A stretch of 14,146 bases of DNA from Promethearchaeota archaeon (GCA_048937405.1 JBHLNF010000027.1:1-14146); one strand, 5' to 3'. Positions 1-9,464 are shown, counted from the stretch's first letter. The notes: generated from the letters alone by a model not told the origin. Numbers and translations are program-made.

Positions 1-312
1 GGCTTAAAAAGTTCGAAAATAGCTTTCGGAGAAGTTTTACCTAATGTGCTACCCTATATATTCTTGGCTTTTATTATATTTTTAGGTAATGCTATTATAA
101 TTGAGGCAGGAATAGCATTGATTGGATTAGGACAACAAAATTGGCTAACATTAGGGTTATTATTAAATCACGCAGTAGAGTGGGGTTTTATATATCCCAG
201 AAGACTTTATGCGATATGGTTAACTCCAGGAATTTGCTTGATATTAATATATTTAGCATTCTTTATAATACACTCAAGTGTAAGTCGGACCTTTGAACAA
301 AGAAAAGTATAA
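1..312 (+). CDS. Opp/Dpp-family ABC transporter permease (OppC/DppC-like), 5'-truncated by the window edge
   Basis: The frame is open from position 1 (GLKSSKIAFGEVLPNVLPY...), which is the end of the EAA loop (G..S.KI.F.E.LPN). It continues with IIIEAGIALIGLG (OppC 'EA.LSFLGLG'-like) and W..PG motifs. The track's GTG at 46 is internal. It lies directly upstream of two ABC ATPases. Confidence 0.88.
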   Translation, partial: GLKSSKIAFGEVLPNVLPYIFLAFIIFLGNAIIIEAGIALIGLGQQNWLTLGLLLNHAVEWGFIYPRRLYAIWLTPGICLILIYLAFFIIHSSVSRTFEQRKV

Positions 313-341
313 AATTTTAAAAAAAAGAAAAAAAACTAAAT

Positions 342-1340
342 ATGACAGAAGAAGTAATTAAAATAAAGGATCTTAAGGGTTATTATAGAGGATCATTTGG
401 AGTTGTTCATGCTGTTGATGGAGTATCATTATCTGTTAATAAGGGGGATATTTTGGGAATAGCAGGTGAATCTGGATGTGGAAAAACTTCTTTAGCAGAA
501 TTAATAACTGGAAGACCAATACAATTATTGCATCGTGAGGGAGGGCAAGTTTATGTTAATGATCTTTCAATGTATGAATTAGATGCGGAGGTTATAAGAG
601 AAGAAATTCTCTGTAAAGTGATGGGATATGTACCTCAAGCTTCCCAAAATTCATTAAATCCAGTTAAAAAAATTAGAAATTTTATATTAGATGCAATGAG
701 GGAACGCATAGGAACAAAAACTAAACATAAAGAAAAAGTTTTAGACAAAGTAGCTGAACACTTTAAGAAATTAGGTTTAGAAAAATCAGTTATGGATAAA
801 TATCCACATGAACTTAGCGGAGGAATGAAACAGCGTGTCGTTGTAGGCATATCTACTTTATGGAATCCATTTATATTAATTGTAGACGAACCAACAAGTG
901 CATTAGATGTTACTACTCAACAACTTTTAATAAAAACATTTATACATTTAAAGAAAATAGGAATCGTTGAGACAATATTATTTATTTCTCATGATCTTCC
1001 CACCTTAGCACAAATATGCAATAAATGTATAATAATGTATGCCGGAAAAATTGTTGAACAAGCAAGTATGGATGATATTATTAGTATTCCTCAACATCCA
1101 TATACTAAAATGTTGGTGTCTTCAATAGCAAGCTTTAATCCTGATGGGTCTGCTGAAACAAACTTAGAAGGAATTCCAGGAAGCCCTCCAGATTTAAAAA
1201 ACCCTCCTAAAGGTTGCAGATTTTATCCACGTTGTTCAAACCATTTAAAAAAATGCAAGGAAAACTATCCCCCATTTTTCATTCCAAGAACAGAAAGTAA
1301 CCCAGTAGCATGTTGGTTATATGAGGAGGTTGGTGATTAA
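342..1340 (+). CDS. Opp/Dpp-family ABC transporter ATP-binding subunit (OppD/DppD-like) with C-terminal Cys-rich domain
   Basis: Walker A GESGCGKT, signature LSGGMKQR, Walker B LIVDEPT and H-loop ISHD. The C-terminal HPYT and GCRFYPRC...C...VACW motifs are typical of the oligopeptide ABC C-terminal domain. Confidence 0.95.
   Translation: MTEEVIKIKDLKGYYRGSFGVVHAVDGVSLSVNKGDILGIAGESGCGKTSLAELITGRPIQLLHREGGQVYVNDLSMYELDAEVIREEILCKVMGYVPQASQNSLNPVKKIRNFILDAMRERIGTKTKHKEKVLDKVAEHFKKLGLEKSVMDKYPHELSGGMKQRVVVGISTLWNPFILIVDEPTSALDVTTQQLLIKTFIHLKKIGIVETILFISHDLPTLAQICNKCIIMYAGKIVEQASMDDIISIPQHPYTKMLVSSIASFNPDGSAETNLEGIPGSPPDLKNPPKGCRFYPRCSNHLKKCKENYPPFFIPRTESNPVACWLYEEVGD
1323..1336 (+). promoter_or_regulatory. 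Ribosome-binding site / translational coupling for the second ATPase
   Basis: GAGGAGGTTGGTGA lies immediately before the TAATG stop/start overlap at 1338-1342. Confidence 0.6.
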
Positions 1341-2143
1341 TGCCGAAGAAGGAAATACTAAAAATTCAAAATCTTACAAAAAAATATACCTCTGGTCTTA
1401 TAAGAACTAAAGAGACAATAGCAGTTAAAGATGCTTCATTTAAGTTATATTCGGGAGAGATTATTTCTCTTGTTGGTGAAAGTGGAAGTGGAAAAACAAC
1501 TATAGCTAATTTAATATTAAGATTTATCCAACCAACTGAAGGAAAAATATTTTTTAAAGGGAAAGAAATTCATGATATTCCAATGAAAGATTATTATAAA
1601 AAAGTCCAAGGGATCTTTCAAGATCCTTATAGTTCTTTTAATTATTTTTATAAAATTGATCATATGTTAAATCAAGTGTTTAAATATAGCTTAAAGGATA
1701 TTTCCAATAAAAGACAAGCTCTTGAATCGACATTAAGTATTGTAGGGCTTAATACAGACGATATTTTAGGAAGATTTCCACACCAAATTTCGGGAGGCCA
1801 ATTGCAGCGTGTCTTAATTGCAAGAGCGTTACTTTTTAAACCTAAATTAATAATTGCAGATGAACCAACAAGTATGATTGATTCAAGCTCTCGTGCAGAT
1901 ATTTTGAACCTTTTCAAAGAATTAAAAGACGAAACAAATCATACGGAAGGTATATCAATAATATTCATCACACATGATATAGGACAAGCGCAATATATAT
2001 CAGATCGGGTAATAGTTATGAAAGAAGGAGTATTCGTGGAGAATGGGCGAACAAAAGAAGTTTTTCTAAATCCTAGTCATCCATATACTCAAAATCTATT
2101 AGCTAGTGTACCAAGTATTTACCGGAAATGGGAATTAGATTAA
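1340..2143 (+). CDS. Opp/Dpp-family ABC transporter ATP-binding subunit (OppF/DppF-like), lacking the Cys-rich tail
   Basis: Walker A GESGSGKT, Q-loop IFQDPYSS, signature ISGGQLQR, ADEPTS, ITHD and HPYT. The start overlaps the previous stop (TAATG), with GAGGAGG/GGTGA just upstream. Confidence 0.95.
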   Translation: MPKKEILKIQNLTKKYTSGLIRTKETIAVKDASFKLYSGEIISLVGESGSGKTTIANLILRFIQPTEGKIFFKGKEIHDIPMKDYYKKVQGIFQDPYSSFNYFYKIDHMLNQVFKYSLKDISNKRQALESTLSIVGLNTDDILGRFPHQISGGQLQRVLIARALLFKPKLIIADEPTSMIDSSSRADILNLFKELKDETNHTEGISIIFITHDIGQAQYISDRVIVMKEGVFVENGRTKEVFLNPSHPYTQNLLASVPSIYRKWELD

Positions 2144-2249
2144 AGGAGAAGGAATATTCAAATGTAAATTTAAAATTTTCTTAAAAGAGTTCAATTAAAA
2201 AAACAATTCTCTATTTTTTTTTAAGTTAAAGTATATTTAGGTGTAAATT

Positions 2250-4694
2250 TTGAAATATGGATATTTTGATGATGAAAATAAGGAATATGTTATAACAAGG
2301 CCAGATACCCCACTTCCATGGATTAACTACTTAGGTTGTGAGTCATATTTTGGTATAATCTCCAATACTGCAGGGGGATATTCTTTTTATAAAGATGCCC
2401 GATTGCGAAGAATTACCCGATATCGTTATAATAATGTTCCTACTGATTTTAACGGGCGTTATTTATATATTCGCGATAATGAAAACGAAGAATTTTGGTC
2501 TCCAACTTGGCAACCAACTCGAAGTAATTTAGAACATTATGAATGTAGACATGGTTTAGGATATTCAATAATTAGTTCTATTTTTAAAAAAATTGAGGTA
2601 AAAATTCGTTACTTTGTACCTTTAAGGGATAACTTAGAAATTTGGCAGCTTTCAATTAAAAATAACCGTAAAAATCGTGTTAATTTATCAGTCTTCTCAT
2701 GTATTGAGTTTTGCTTATGGGATGCTGAAGATGATAGTACAAATTATCAACGTAATTTTAACATTGGTGAAACTGAGATTGAAGATGGAGTGATTTACCA
2801 TAAAACAGAATATCGTGAAAGAAGAAATCATTTTGCTTTTTTTGCTTGCTCAGAACCCATCATAGGTTTTGACATGCAACGAAATGATTTTTTAGGTGCA
2901 TATCGAAGTTGGGAAAGTCCAATTGTAGTGGAACGAGGAATATCCGCCAATTCTGAAGCCCATGGATGGGCACCAATAGGATCCCATCATATTAAAATTA
3001 TGATTGAACCAAGTGAAACAAAAAAAATTATTTTTATTCTTGGATATCATGAAAATCCTATTACTCACAAATTTAATCCTATTGGATCACAGATAATAAA
3101 TAAAGATTCTGTAAAGAAAGTAATTATGAAATACTATGACCCAATAAAAGTAGATAAAGCGTTTAAAGCCTTAGGTATTTATTGGGAGAATTTATTAGGG
3201 AAATTAAAAATTAATACACCTGACATTCACACAAATAGGATGGTTAATATATGGAATCCTTATCAATGTGCTATTACCTTCAAACTCTCAAGATCAGCTT
3301 CTTATTTTGAATCTGGAATTGGCAGAGGAATTGGATTTCGTGATTCTAATCAAGATTTGCAAGGTTTTATATATATGGATCCAATTCTAGCTAAAGAACG
3401 TATATTGGATCTAGCTGCTACACAATTAAAAACAGGAGGTACTTATCATCAATATCAACCCCTAACAAAGCAAGGAAATCATAGTTTGGGTAGTGATTTT
3501 AATGATGATCCACTTTGGCTAATTTTAAGTGTTGCTACGTATCTAAAAGAAACAGGTGATTGGAATATCCTAGACGAACAGGTTCCTTATGAAAACGTTC
3601 CTGGAACCGAACAAACTCTTTTAAATCATTTAAAAGATAGTCTTCAATATATTCATGAACGATTAGGACCACATAAATTGCCTTTGATTGGTCGTGCTGA
3701 TTGGAATGATTGTTTAAATCTAAATTGTTTTTCAGAAGTTTCAGGAGAATCCTTTCAATCAATCAAAAATAAGGAAGGCAAGATTGCAGAATCAATATTT
3801 ATTGCATCATTATTTATTTTGGCATTAAAAGATTTTGTTGAAATCCTTCAGAAAAAACAAATAGATAATGACTTGGAAATGTATCTCGATTGGTCTGATA
3901 AGATGAATTCTGCAATTATAAAATATGGATGGGATGGAGACTGGTTTATTCGGGCTTATGATGATTTTGGAAATAAGGTCGGTTCCCATCAATGCAAAGA
4001 AGGTCAAATCTATGTAGAATCCCAAGGATTATGTGTTTTTGCTGGAGTTGGTATTGATGAAGGTTTTGCAGAAAAAGCACTTAATTCTGTTAAAAATAAA
4101 CTTGCTACTCCTTATGGTATAATGCTTTTACAACCTCCTTACACACAATATTATCCTCATTTAGGTGAGATCTCATCTTATCCACCTGGATACAAAGAAA
4201 ATGGATCTATATTCTGTCATACTAATCCTTGGATAATGATCGCTGAAACTATAATAGGACGTGGAGATCAAGCTTTTGAATATTATATTCGTTTAAATCC
4301 TTCAGCACGGGAAGAAGTTAGTGAAATTCATCGCTGTGAACCATATGTCTATGCACAAACAATTGCTGGAAAAGATGCTCCAACTTATGGAGAAGCTAAA
4401 AATTCTTGGTTAACTGGAACAGCAGCTTGGAGTTTTGTTGCTATGACAAATTGGATTCTTGGTATCCGTCCGACTTATGAGGGATTATATATTTCACCAA
4501 TAATTCCAAAAAGTTGGTCAGGTTTTCAAGCTACTCGGATTTTTCAAGGGGTTAAGTATCATATTTCTGTAGAACGTGTTGGCAAGGGTAATAAATCTAT
4601 AATATACATAAATAATATACAAATAGAAGGTAATGTTGTTTCACCACCATCTTCAAAAATTAAAGAAATGTTTATAACCGTTAAAATAGTCTAA
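2250..4694 (+). CDS. GH94 glycoside phosphorylase, most likely cellobiose phosphorylase
   Basis: 814 aa. N-terminus MKYGYFDDENKEYVIT.PDTP.PWINYLG, then RRITRYRYN, SRSASYFESGIGRG.GFRDSNQD, catalytic-Asp motif LIGRADWNDCLNLNCFS, YPPGYKENG.IFCH.NPW and GEAKNSWLTGTAAW, all characteristic of cellobiose phosphorylases. TTG start with AGGTG at 2239-2243. Confidence 0.93.
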   Translation: MKYGYFDDENKEYVITRPDTPLPWINYLGCESYFGIISNTAGGYSFYKDARLRRITRYRYNNVPTDFNGRYLYIRDNENEEFWSPTWQPTRSNLEHYECRHGLGYSIISSIFKKIEVKIRYFVPLRDNLEIWQLSIKNNRKNRVNLSVFSCIEFCLWDAEDDSTNYQRNFNIGETEIEDGVIYHKTEYRERRNHFAFFACSEPIIGFDMQRNDFLGAYRSWESPIVVERGISANSEAHGWAPIGSHHIKIMIEPSETKKIIFILGYHENPITHKFNPIGSQIINKDSVKKVIMKYYDPIKVDKAFKALGIYWENLLGKLKINTPDIHTNRMVNIWNPYQCAITFKLSRSASYFESGIGRGIGFRDSNQDLQGFIYMDPILAKERILDLAATQLKTGGTYHQYQPLTKQGNHSLGSDFNDDPLWLILSVATYLKETGDWNILDEQVPYENVPGTEQTLLNHLKDSLQYIHERLGPHKLPLIGRADWNDCLNLNCFSEVSGESFQSIKNKEGKIAESIFIASLFILALKDFVEILQKKQIDNDLEMYLDWSDKMNSAIIKYGWDGDWFIRAYDDFGNKVGSHQCKEGQIYVESQGLCVFAGVGIDEGFAEKALNSVKNKLATPYGIMLLQPPYTQYYPHLGEISSYPPGYKENGSIFCHTNPWIMIAETIIGRGDQAFEYYIRLNPSAREEVSEIHRCEPYVYAQTIAGKDAPTYGEAKNSWLTGTAAWSFVAMTNWILGIRPTYEGLYISPIIPKSWSGFQATRIFQGVKYHISVERVGKGNKSIIYINNIQIEGNVVSPPSSKIKEMFITVKIV

Positions 4695-4858
4695 ACTATG
4701 TATTTGTTTTATGTCTACTTTTCTATCCCTTTTAGTCTTAAATCTTATAAAACTAAATTATAATTATTATTTTTAGTAAATTATTCCACAAAAAAAATAA
4801 AATTATTAGAAGAGATGAGAATGCATAGAATGAAAATTAAATTATAATATTAATTAGT

Positions 4859-5470
4859 TTATTTTCTTAGCATCGCACAAAGACGTACATCTGTATCGGG
4901 AATTATTGTGTCTTCAAGTACTTCAAACCCATGGTGTTCATAAATAGATACATTTTTATCCGTATTTGTTTCAAGGTAAATTGGTAAATTTTCTTTCTCA
5001 ACCCTTGCAAACATAGCTTTTAGTAAAGTACTCGCATGACCCTTTCCTTGGAATTCAGGTTCAACCCCAAGAGGTGCTAAATACCAATGTTTGAAAGGTG
5101 CATTACGTTTATGTATTAAATCAGTATATTCTTCGATTTTTTTTGTTCTTTTGTAAAATTCCATACCAAGTTCATCGACGACTTTCTTTCCCCCACTCCG
5201 TACTTTTGCTTCGTATGTTTTATAAATATATTCAAAAGGGATCCATCCAGCAAACCCTTCTAAATCAGAACTTGGGGAATATACCTCTCCGTATAAAACG
5301 TCATAACGTATTACATATTCAAAGACATACTTTAGTTTCTCTTTTCTTTCAGAATCATCAGGAATGGTGTAAATAAAACCTGGATTGTTATAAAAAGCGC
5401 GGGATAAAACTTCACTGGCTTTTTTAACATGATCTTCAGTTAAACGGAAAAGTTTGTTTAAATCAGTCAT
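4859..5470 (-). CDS. GNAT-family N-acetyltransferase (resembles the puromycin N-acetyltransferase-like subgroup)
   Basis: HWYLAPLGVEPEFQGKGHAS (acetyl-CoA-binding Q-G-x-G motif A), LPIYLET and NVSIYEHHGF (motif B). N-terminal 'VLSRAF..NP'. Confidence 0.9.
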   Translation of the reverse strand: MTDLNKLFRLTEDHVKKASEVLSRAFYNNPGFIYTIPDDSERKEKLKYVFEYVIRYDVLYGEVYSPSSDLEGFAGWIPFEYIYKTYEAKVRSGGKKVVDELGMEFYKRTKKIEEYTDLIHKRNAPFKHWYLAPLGVEPEFQGKGHASTLLKAMFARVEKENLPIYLETNTDKNVSIYEHHGFEVLEDTIIPDTDVRLCAMLRK

Positions 5471-5498
5471 TATTGGTATTAAATATAATAAAATGAAC

Positions 5499-5514
5499 GT
5501 TAAAAGCTTTTTTG
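5499..5514 (-). promoter_or_regulatory. Putative archaeal BRE/TATA promoter of the GNAT gene
   Basis: The minus strand reads AAAAAAGCTTTTAAC, with the TATA-like TTTTAA about 30 nt before the ATG at 5470. This fits a leaderless or very short-leader mRNA, and no RBS is evident. Confidence 0.5.
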
Positions 5515-5658
5515 TTTTTGTTTATCAAGATTTTAATTACAGACATATTTTTAAATACTCATTTGATAATCTAATAAATTTTGAGAATTTAATCTAAGAT
5601 TCGAATAAAAATTAATAATCTAAATATATGTATTGAAAAAATTGATATTAGAAAGAAA

Positions 5659-7134
5659 TTAATAACTCTTGGCAATATAGACCGTACATCCTGCAGGTTT
5701 CCCACAGATTAGGCAGGTTGCAAACTCGTGTTTTTCTTCATCAAACCTTCTACCTCGAACAAATCCACCAATTTCTTTTTCAACCACTTCAGCACAAGGA
5801 TACGCATCCATATCAATTGAGCAGAAACCACAGCACACAATTTTACCATTATTAATTGCTTCAATTGCTGCATCTTTTTCATAAACAACTTCGATTTGAG
5901 ATTCGAAATCAATCAAAGATTTCTCTTTAATCTCTTTAGTATAATTTTGAGCAAGATCATCGATTTTAACTTTCAAATTGTCTTTTTGTATGGTCAATTT
6001 TTTTCCATCGTGCCTTTTTACAACTATTACTTTATTATTTTCGATATCTTTTGGTCCTATCTCAATTCTTAATGGAACCCCTTTTAATTCCCAATAATAA
6101 AATTTACTTCCAACAGATAGATCGGAATCATCAAGTTTAACTATATACTTATCTTTTAGTTCTTCATATACTTCCTTAGCTCCTTTTAGAACTGCTTCTT
6201 CTTTCCCTTTATATAATATTGGAACAATCACTATTTGGATCGGAGAAATATCAAAAGGCAAGATTAATCCTTTATTATCACCTAGATATGCTATTACTGC
6301 TCCATAAATTCGACTTATTGCAGGACCATAGCATGTTTGATATCCATACTTTTCCTCACCATCTTTATCTACAAACTTTATATTGAATGGTTTTGAAAAA
6401 TTTTGTCCAAGTAGATGTGTTGATGGCTGTTGCATCACTTTTCCTGAACCCATTAGTACATCAGCTGCAAAAGTTGATACTGCTCCAGGAAATTTATCCC
6501 ACTGAGGTCTTTCAAAAAAGATAATTGGAATTGCAAATTCCTCTTGAAGCATCTCATATGCCATTTCCATATCTTCTTTTACTTGATCCATAGCCTCTTC
6601 CATTGTGGCATACACGTTATGAGCCTCTATCCAATGGAATTCTCTGCCTCTAAAAAAGGGTCTTGTCATCTTTGTTTCATATCGCCAAACTTGACATGAT
6701 AAATACCTTTTAAAGGGGAGATCTTTATAACTATGAATCCATAAAGGATACATTTTATATAATGCCGTCTCACTTGTAGGACGTAGAGCTAGCTTTTCAG
6801 TAAGTTTACCCGAACTACCTGCTTCGGTTACCCAAAAAACTTCAGGAGTAAAACCCTCAACATGCTGTGCTTCTAAATGAAAATTTGATTCAGGTATTAC
6901 GGAGGGCATCGTCAGTGGTAAATGACCATTCTTTTCTAATAATGTTTCATACTTAGCATACATTTTTTTAATTGTAATCGTAGCCCATTCTCTATAAACC
7001 ACAAACCCTTTAACATTATATCTGATATCTGCTAATTCTGCTTTATTTAATATTTCTGTATACCATGCGGAAAAATCCTCTTCCTTCGAAACTGTAATTC
7101 CTGTTATAGGTGCTTCTTTTTTCTTTTTTCCCAT
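5659..7134 (-). CDS. proS: Proline--tRNA ligase, archaeal/eukaryote type
   Basis: EDFSAWY..I...ELAD.RY.VKG, HVEGFTPEV.WVT, LALRPTSET, motif 2 RYE...RPFFRGREFHW.E.H, anticodon domain WELKGVPLRIEIGPKD, C-terminal CxxC domain ending AKSY. There is no bacterial INS editing domain. Confidence 0.97.
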   Translation of the reverse strand: MGKKKKEAPITGITVSKEEDFSAWYTEILNKAELADIRYNVKGFVVYREWATITIKKMYAKYETLLEKNGHLPLTMPSVIPESNFHLEAQHVEGFTPEVFWVTEAGSSGKLTEKLALRPTSETALYKMYPLWIHSYKDLPFKRYLSCQVWRYETKMTRPFFRGREFHWIEAHNVYATMEEAMDQVKEDMEMAYEMLQEEFAIPIIFFERPQWDKFPGAVSTFAADVLMGSGKVMQQPSTHLLGQNFSKPFNIKFVDKDGEEKYGYQTCYGPAISRIYGAVIAYLGDNKGLILPFDISPIQIVIVPILYKGKEEAVLKGAKEVYEELKDKYIVKLDDSDLSVGSKFYYWELKGVPLRIEIGPKDIENNKVIVVKRHDGKKLTIQKDNLKVKIDDLAQNYTKEIKEKSLIDFESQIEVVYEKDAAIEAINNGKIVCCGFCSIDMDAYPCAEVVEKEIGGFVRGRRFDEEKHEFATCLICGKPAGCTVYIAKSY

Positions 7135-7164
7135 CGAAAATCATCAAATATAATTAACCAAAAA

Positions 7165-7176
7165 TTATATACTTTA
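7165..7176 (-). promoter_or_regulatory. Putative BRE/TATA promoter of proS
   Basis: Minus strand TAAAGTATATAA, about 30 nt upstream of the ATG at 7134. Confidence 0.5.
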
Positions 7177-7226
7177 TGAGAATCTTAGAAAGGATATCTA
7201 AATTGATACAAATTAGATACTATTCT

Positions 7227-7973
7227 TTAGCTTTTATCAGAAAGGAGTAAAGCATTAGTAATTATTAATCCTGGTTTTACTACAACATCATACTTCTTCG
7301 TTCCTAAAAACTCTTGGACTTCTTTTGCTACATTTTCTATTTTTTTTATATCATGCTCATCAGGAACCGAATAACTAATGACTGATTGGGCGGATTCTAA
7401 ATCTATTTTACCTGCTTCGTCAACTTTTTTTATTGAAACATGATTTGCGCCAGCTAATTTTGCAATTTTCTTAATTTCCTCCTCTAAAGAGCCAAATGTA
7501 AAATACTCTTTACTTCTCGACAAGAATTTTTCGGATATAATCTTTTCTAAATTAGCCCGGGAGGTTGGATCATAAAAGGCAGTTAATTCTTGTGCACAGA
7601 TAGTTTTATACTTCCCTTGAATTAGCTCTTCTTTACTATTTATAAACTCAATTAATTTTTCATAATATTCTGGGTCTATCTTTTGAAAGTTTTCTATGTT
7701 TCTAACTAAATCCGTCAATTTATCAATCAAATCATAATAAAATTTTAAGATAGACTTAATTTCCAATTTATCCTTCATCTCTTTTATTTCAGGATAATAC
7801 TTTTTAAGAATTAGGTTAATGCTTTTATTAAATTTAGCACAAACACCAGCTATATCATCAACAACTCGAATAGAATTTCTATTTAGTAGTTCAATTAAAT
7901 GACTCTCTAAATTCGGTAAATCCTCGAAAATCTTGGTAATCTCAAGCCTGTATTTTTTTTCAATATAGCTCAT
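7227..7973 (-). CDS. Hypothetical soluble protein (248 aa; helical N-terminal part, probable alpha/beta C-terminal part)
   Basis: Long ORF filling the gap between neighbours, with K/E/I/L-rich natural composition and a TATA-like element upstream. No family motif recognised. Confidence 0.8.
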   Translation of the reverse strand: MSYIEKKYRLEITKIFEDLPNLESHLIELLNRNSIRVVDDIAGVCAKFNKSINLILKKYYPEIKEMKDKLEIKSILKFYYDLIDKLTDLVRNIENFQKIDPEYYEKLIEFINSKEELIQGKYKTICAQELTAFYDPTSRANLEKIISEKFLSRSKEYFTFGSLEEEIKKIAKLAGANHVSIKKVDEAGKIDLESAQSVISYSVPDEHDIKKIENVAKEVQEFLGTKKYDVVVKPGLIITNALLLSDKS

Positions 7974-8001
7974 TCAACTATAAAAAAGATAAAAATCTTC
8001 C

Positions 8002-8014
8002 TATATAATGTTAT
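8002..8014 (-). promoter_or_regulatory. Putative BRE/TATA promoter of the 248-aa gene
   Basis: Minus strand ATAACATTATATA, ending 28 nt before the ATG at 7973 (leaderless spacing). Confidence 0.45.
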
Positions 8015-8057
8015 TTTTATCATAATAAAAAGAATATTTGTGATTTGGAAATAAAAC

Positions 8058-9266
8058 CTAAAGAGCAATAAATATTTGTACCATAGTCATTATTGCACCA
8101 GAAACTATTGGAACAGTAAAATTATCGTCTACTCCAAATGAAAAGAGTTCAATTATAGGAGCCACAACCCCTCCACATAAAAGAATAATTAAGGGAATAT
8201 CAAAAATAAAGAAGATAAAATATCCACAAATAAGAACACTACCGAAATACGCAAGTGTACCTTCAAGTGTTTTATCAAAAATTTTATGTTTACCAAACGC
8301 TAAGCCAAATATTTTGCCAAAAATATCTCCGAATATTAGAAATATTAACGAAGCTATAGCAATATTTTTTTCAAATACTAGAATGCTAATAAAACCAGCA
8401 ACGAGAAATACTGTCATTGAAGAAAACTTACTAACTTCACCTTTTTTAAAAATCGATTTGACTTTTTCAGTCAATAGCACATTAGTTTGCTTATTAATGA
8501 ATCGTGTTAAATCAAGTAAAATAAAAGCTAATGCAACAGAACCAATGAGTATAAGTGAGGGAAGTTTTGGATTAAAAACATAAAATATGACAAATATTAT
8601 TGCAAATGGTCTCATCGCAACTCGCCACCAATGAGATTTAAAAGTCTCATCTTCGATGAGTATTTTCTTCTCTGATATTATTTTATAAAGCCCAATTGAA
8701 GCAATGTGAATAAGGATTAATATAAAGAAGAAATTATATTCACTCGTAGGATAAATTTGAAAAACAGCAAAACCAAGAATAGGGAATATAATAAGGGATA
8801 AAAGAGAGCCAATATTACAAATATAAATAAAAAGAACAACTAAAATTAATAAATACAGTATTACATAGAAGATTTCTATACTTGTAGTCATATAACAAAC
8901 TAAATAGAAAAGTAATAAACCTGTTGATGTTGCTACTCCCTGACCACCATGAAAATTAAGATAATAAGGGAAAATATGTCCAATAATCGCAGCAATTCCA
9001 CTTAATTGTATTATGAAAAAGCTGCGATCTAATCCATAAGCCATTAACATTACTGCTAAACCTTTTAAAGTATCAAATATTGCAGTTGGAATACCATACT
9101 TAAGCCCCAAAACGCGAAATGCATTAACTGTTCCAGGATTTTTTGTACCTTCCTCCCTTAAATCAATTCCTTTTAATTTTCCAAAAATAAATGCTGGTAA
9201 AATTCCCCCGATCAAATAACCTAAGATAATGCATAAAATATCTAAAAATAGTTCAATGAAATCCAT
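8058..9266 (-). CDS. Fusion protein, copy A: N-terminal PlsY-like acyltransferase domain + C-terminal CTP-dependent lipid kinase domain (phytol/dolichol/Dgk1, COG0170-like)
   Basis: PlsY motifs GYLIGGI.PA, GIDLREEGTKNPGTVNAFRVLG, FDTLKG and AAIIGHIFP...FHGGQGVAT. Kinase motifs FGDIFGKIFG..FG.HK..DKTLEG and IE......DDNFTVP. ATG at 9266 is preferred over TTG at 9269 because AAGTGA lies 6 nt upstream. 402 aa. Confidence 0.85.
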   Translation of the reverse strand: MDFIELFLDILCIILGYLIGGILPAFIFGKLKGIDLREEGTKNPGTVNAFRVLGLKYGIPTAIFDTLKGLAVMLMAYGLDRSFFIIQLSGIAAIIGHIFPYYLNFHGGQGVATSTGLLLFYLVCYMTTSIEIFYVILYLLILVVLFIYICNIGSLLSLIIFPILGFAVFQIYPTSEYNFFFILILIHIASIGLYKIISEKKILIEDETFKSHWWRVAMRPFAIIFVIFYVFNPKLPSLILIGSVALAFILLDLTRFINKQTNVLLTEKVKSIFKKGEVSKFSSMTVFLVAGFISILVFEKNIAIASLIFLIFGDIFGKIFGLAFGKHKIFDKTLEGTLAYFGSVLICGYFIFFIFDIPLIILLCGGVVAPIIELFSFGVDDNFTVPIVSGAIMTMVQIFIAL

Positions 9267-9303
9267 CAATACTCACTTAATTTGATACTAATTGAATATT
9301 TTG

Positions 9304-9326
9304 TTTATAAGAATATAAATATTAAG
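9304..9326 (-). promoter_or_regulatory. Putative promoter of fusion copy A (conserved with copy B)
   Basis: Minus strand CTTAATATTTATATTCTTATAAA contains TATA-like TTTATA and is 19/23 identical to 10710-10732. Confidence 0.6.
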
Positions 9327-9464
9327 TTTTATACAATATTGAAATTAAAAGAGAAAAAAAATCGTATATTTTATTCAAAGTTTAGAAATCCTATTGCTAA
9401 AGCTTAAATTTAATCTAAATAGAACATTATTGATGGAGATAAGATAAACGATTTATCTTTTTAT

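Noticed and set aside
635-4025. Minus-strand ORFs 635-850, 1672-1917, 3535-3762 and 3825-4025
   Set aside because: Short antisense shadows entirely inside well-supported genes, with no motifs.
4695-4858. AT-rich intergenic stretches (also 5521-5658, 9330-9464, 11960-12150, 13934-14089) examined for CRISPR repeats, IS ends, tRNAs or origin boxes
   Set aside because: No regularly spaced repeats, terminal inverted repeats, cloverleaf or ORB-like G-strings were seen. The A/T runs are consistent with ordinary terminators and promoters.
5098-5912. ORFs 5098-5376 (+) and 5709-5912 (-, alternate frame)
   Set aside because: They overlap the GNAT and proS genes and show no recognisable features.
8058-8640. 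Interpretation of the C-terminal domain as CDP-diacylglycerol synthase (CdsA) or CDP-archaeol synthase (CarS)
   Set aside because: It lacks the CdsA SPxKTxEG...KD...PGHGG.LDR signature. The GD / KxxEG / DNxxxP pattern fits the related CTP-dependent kinase branch better.
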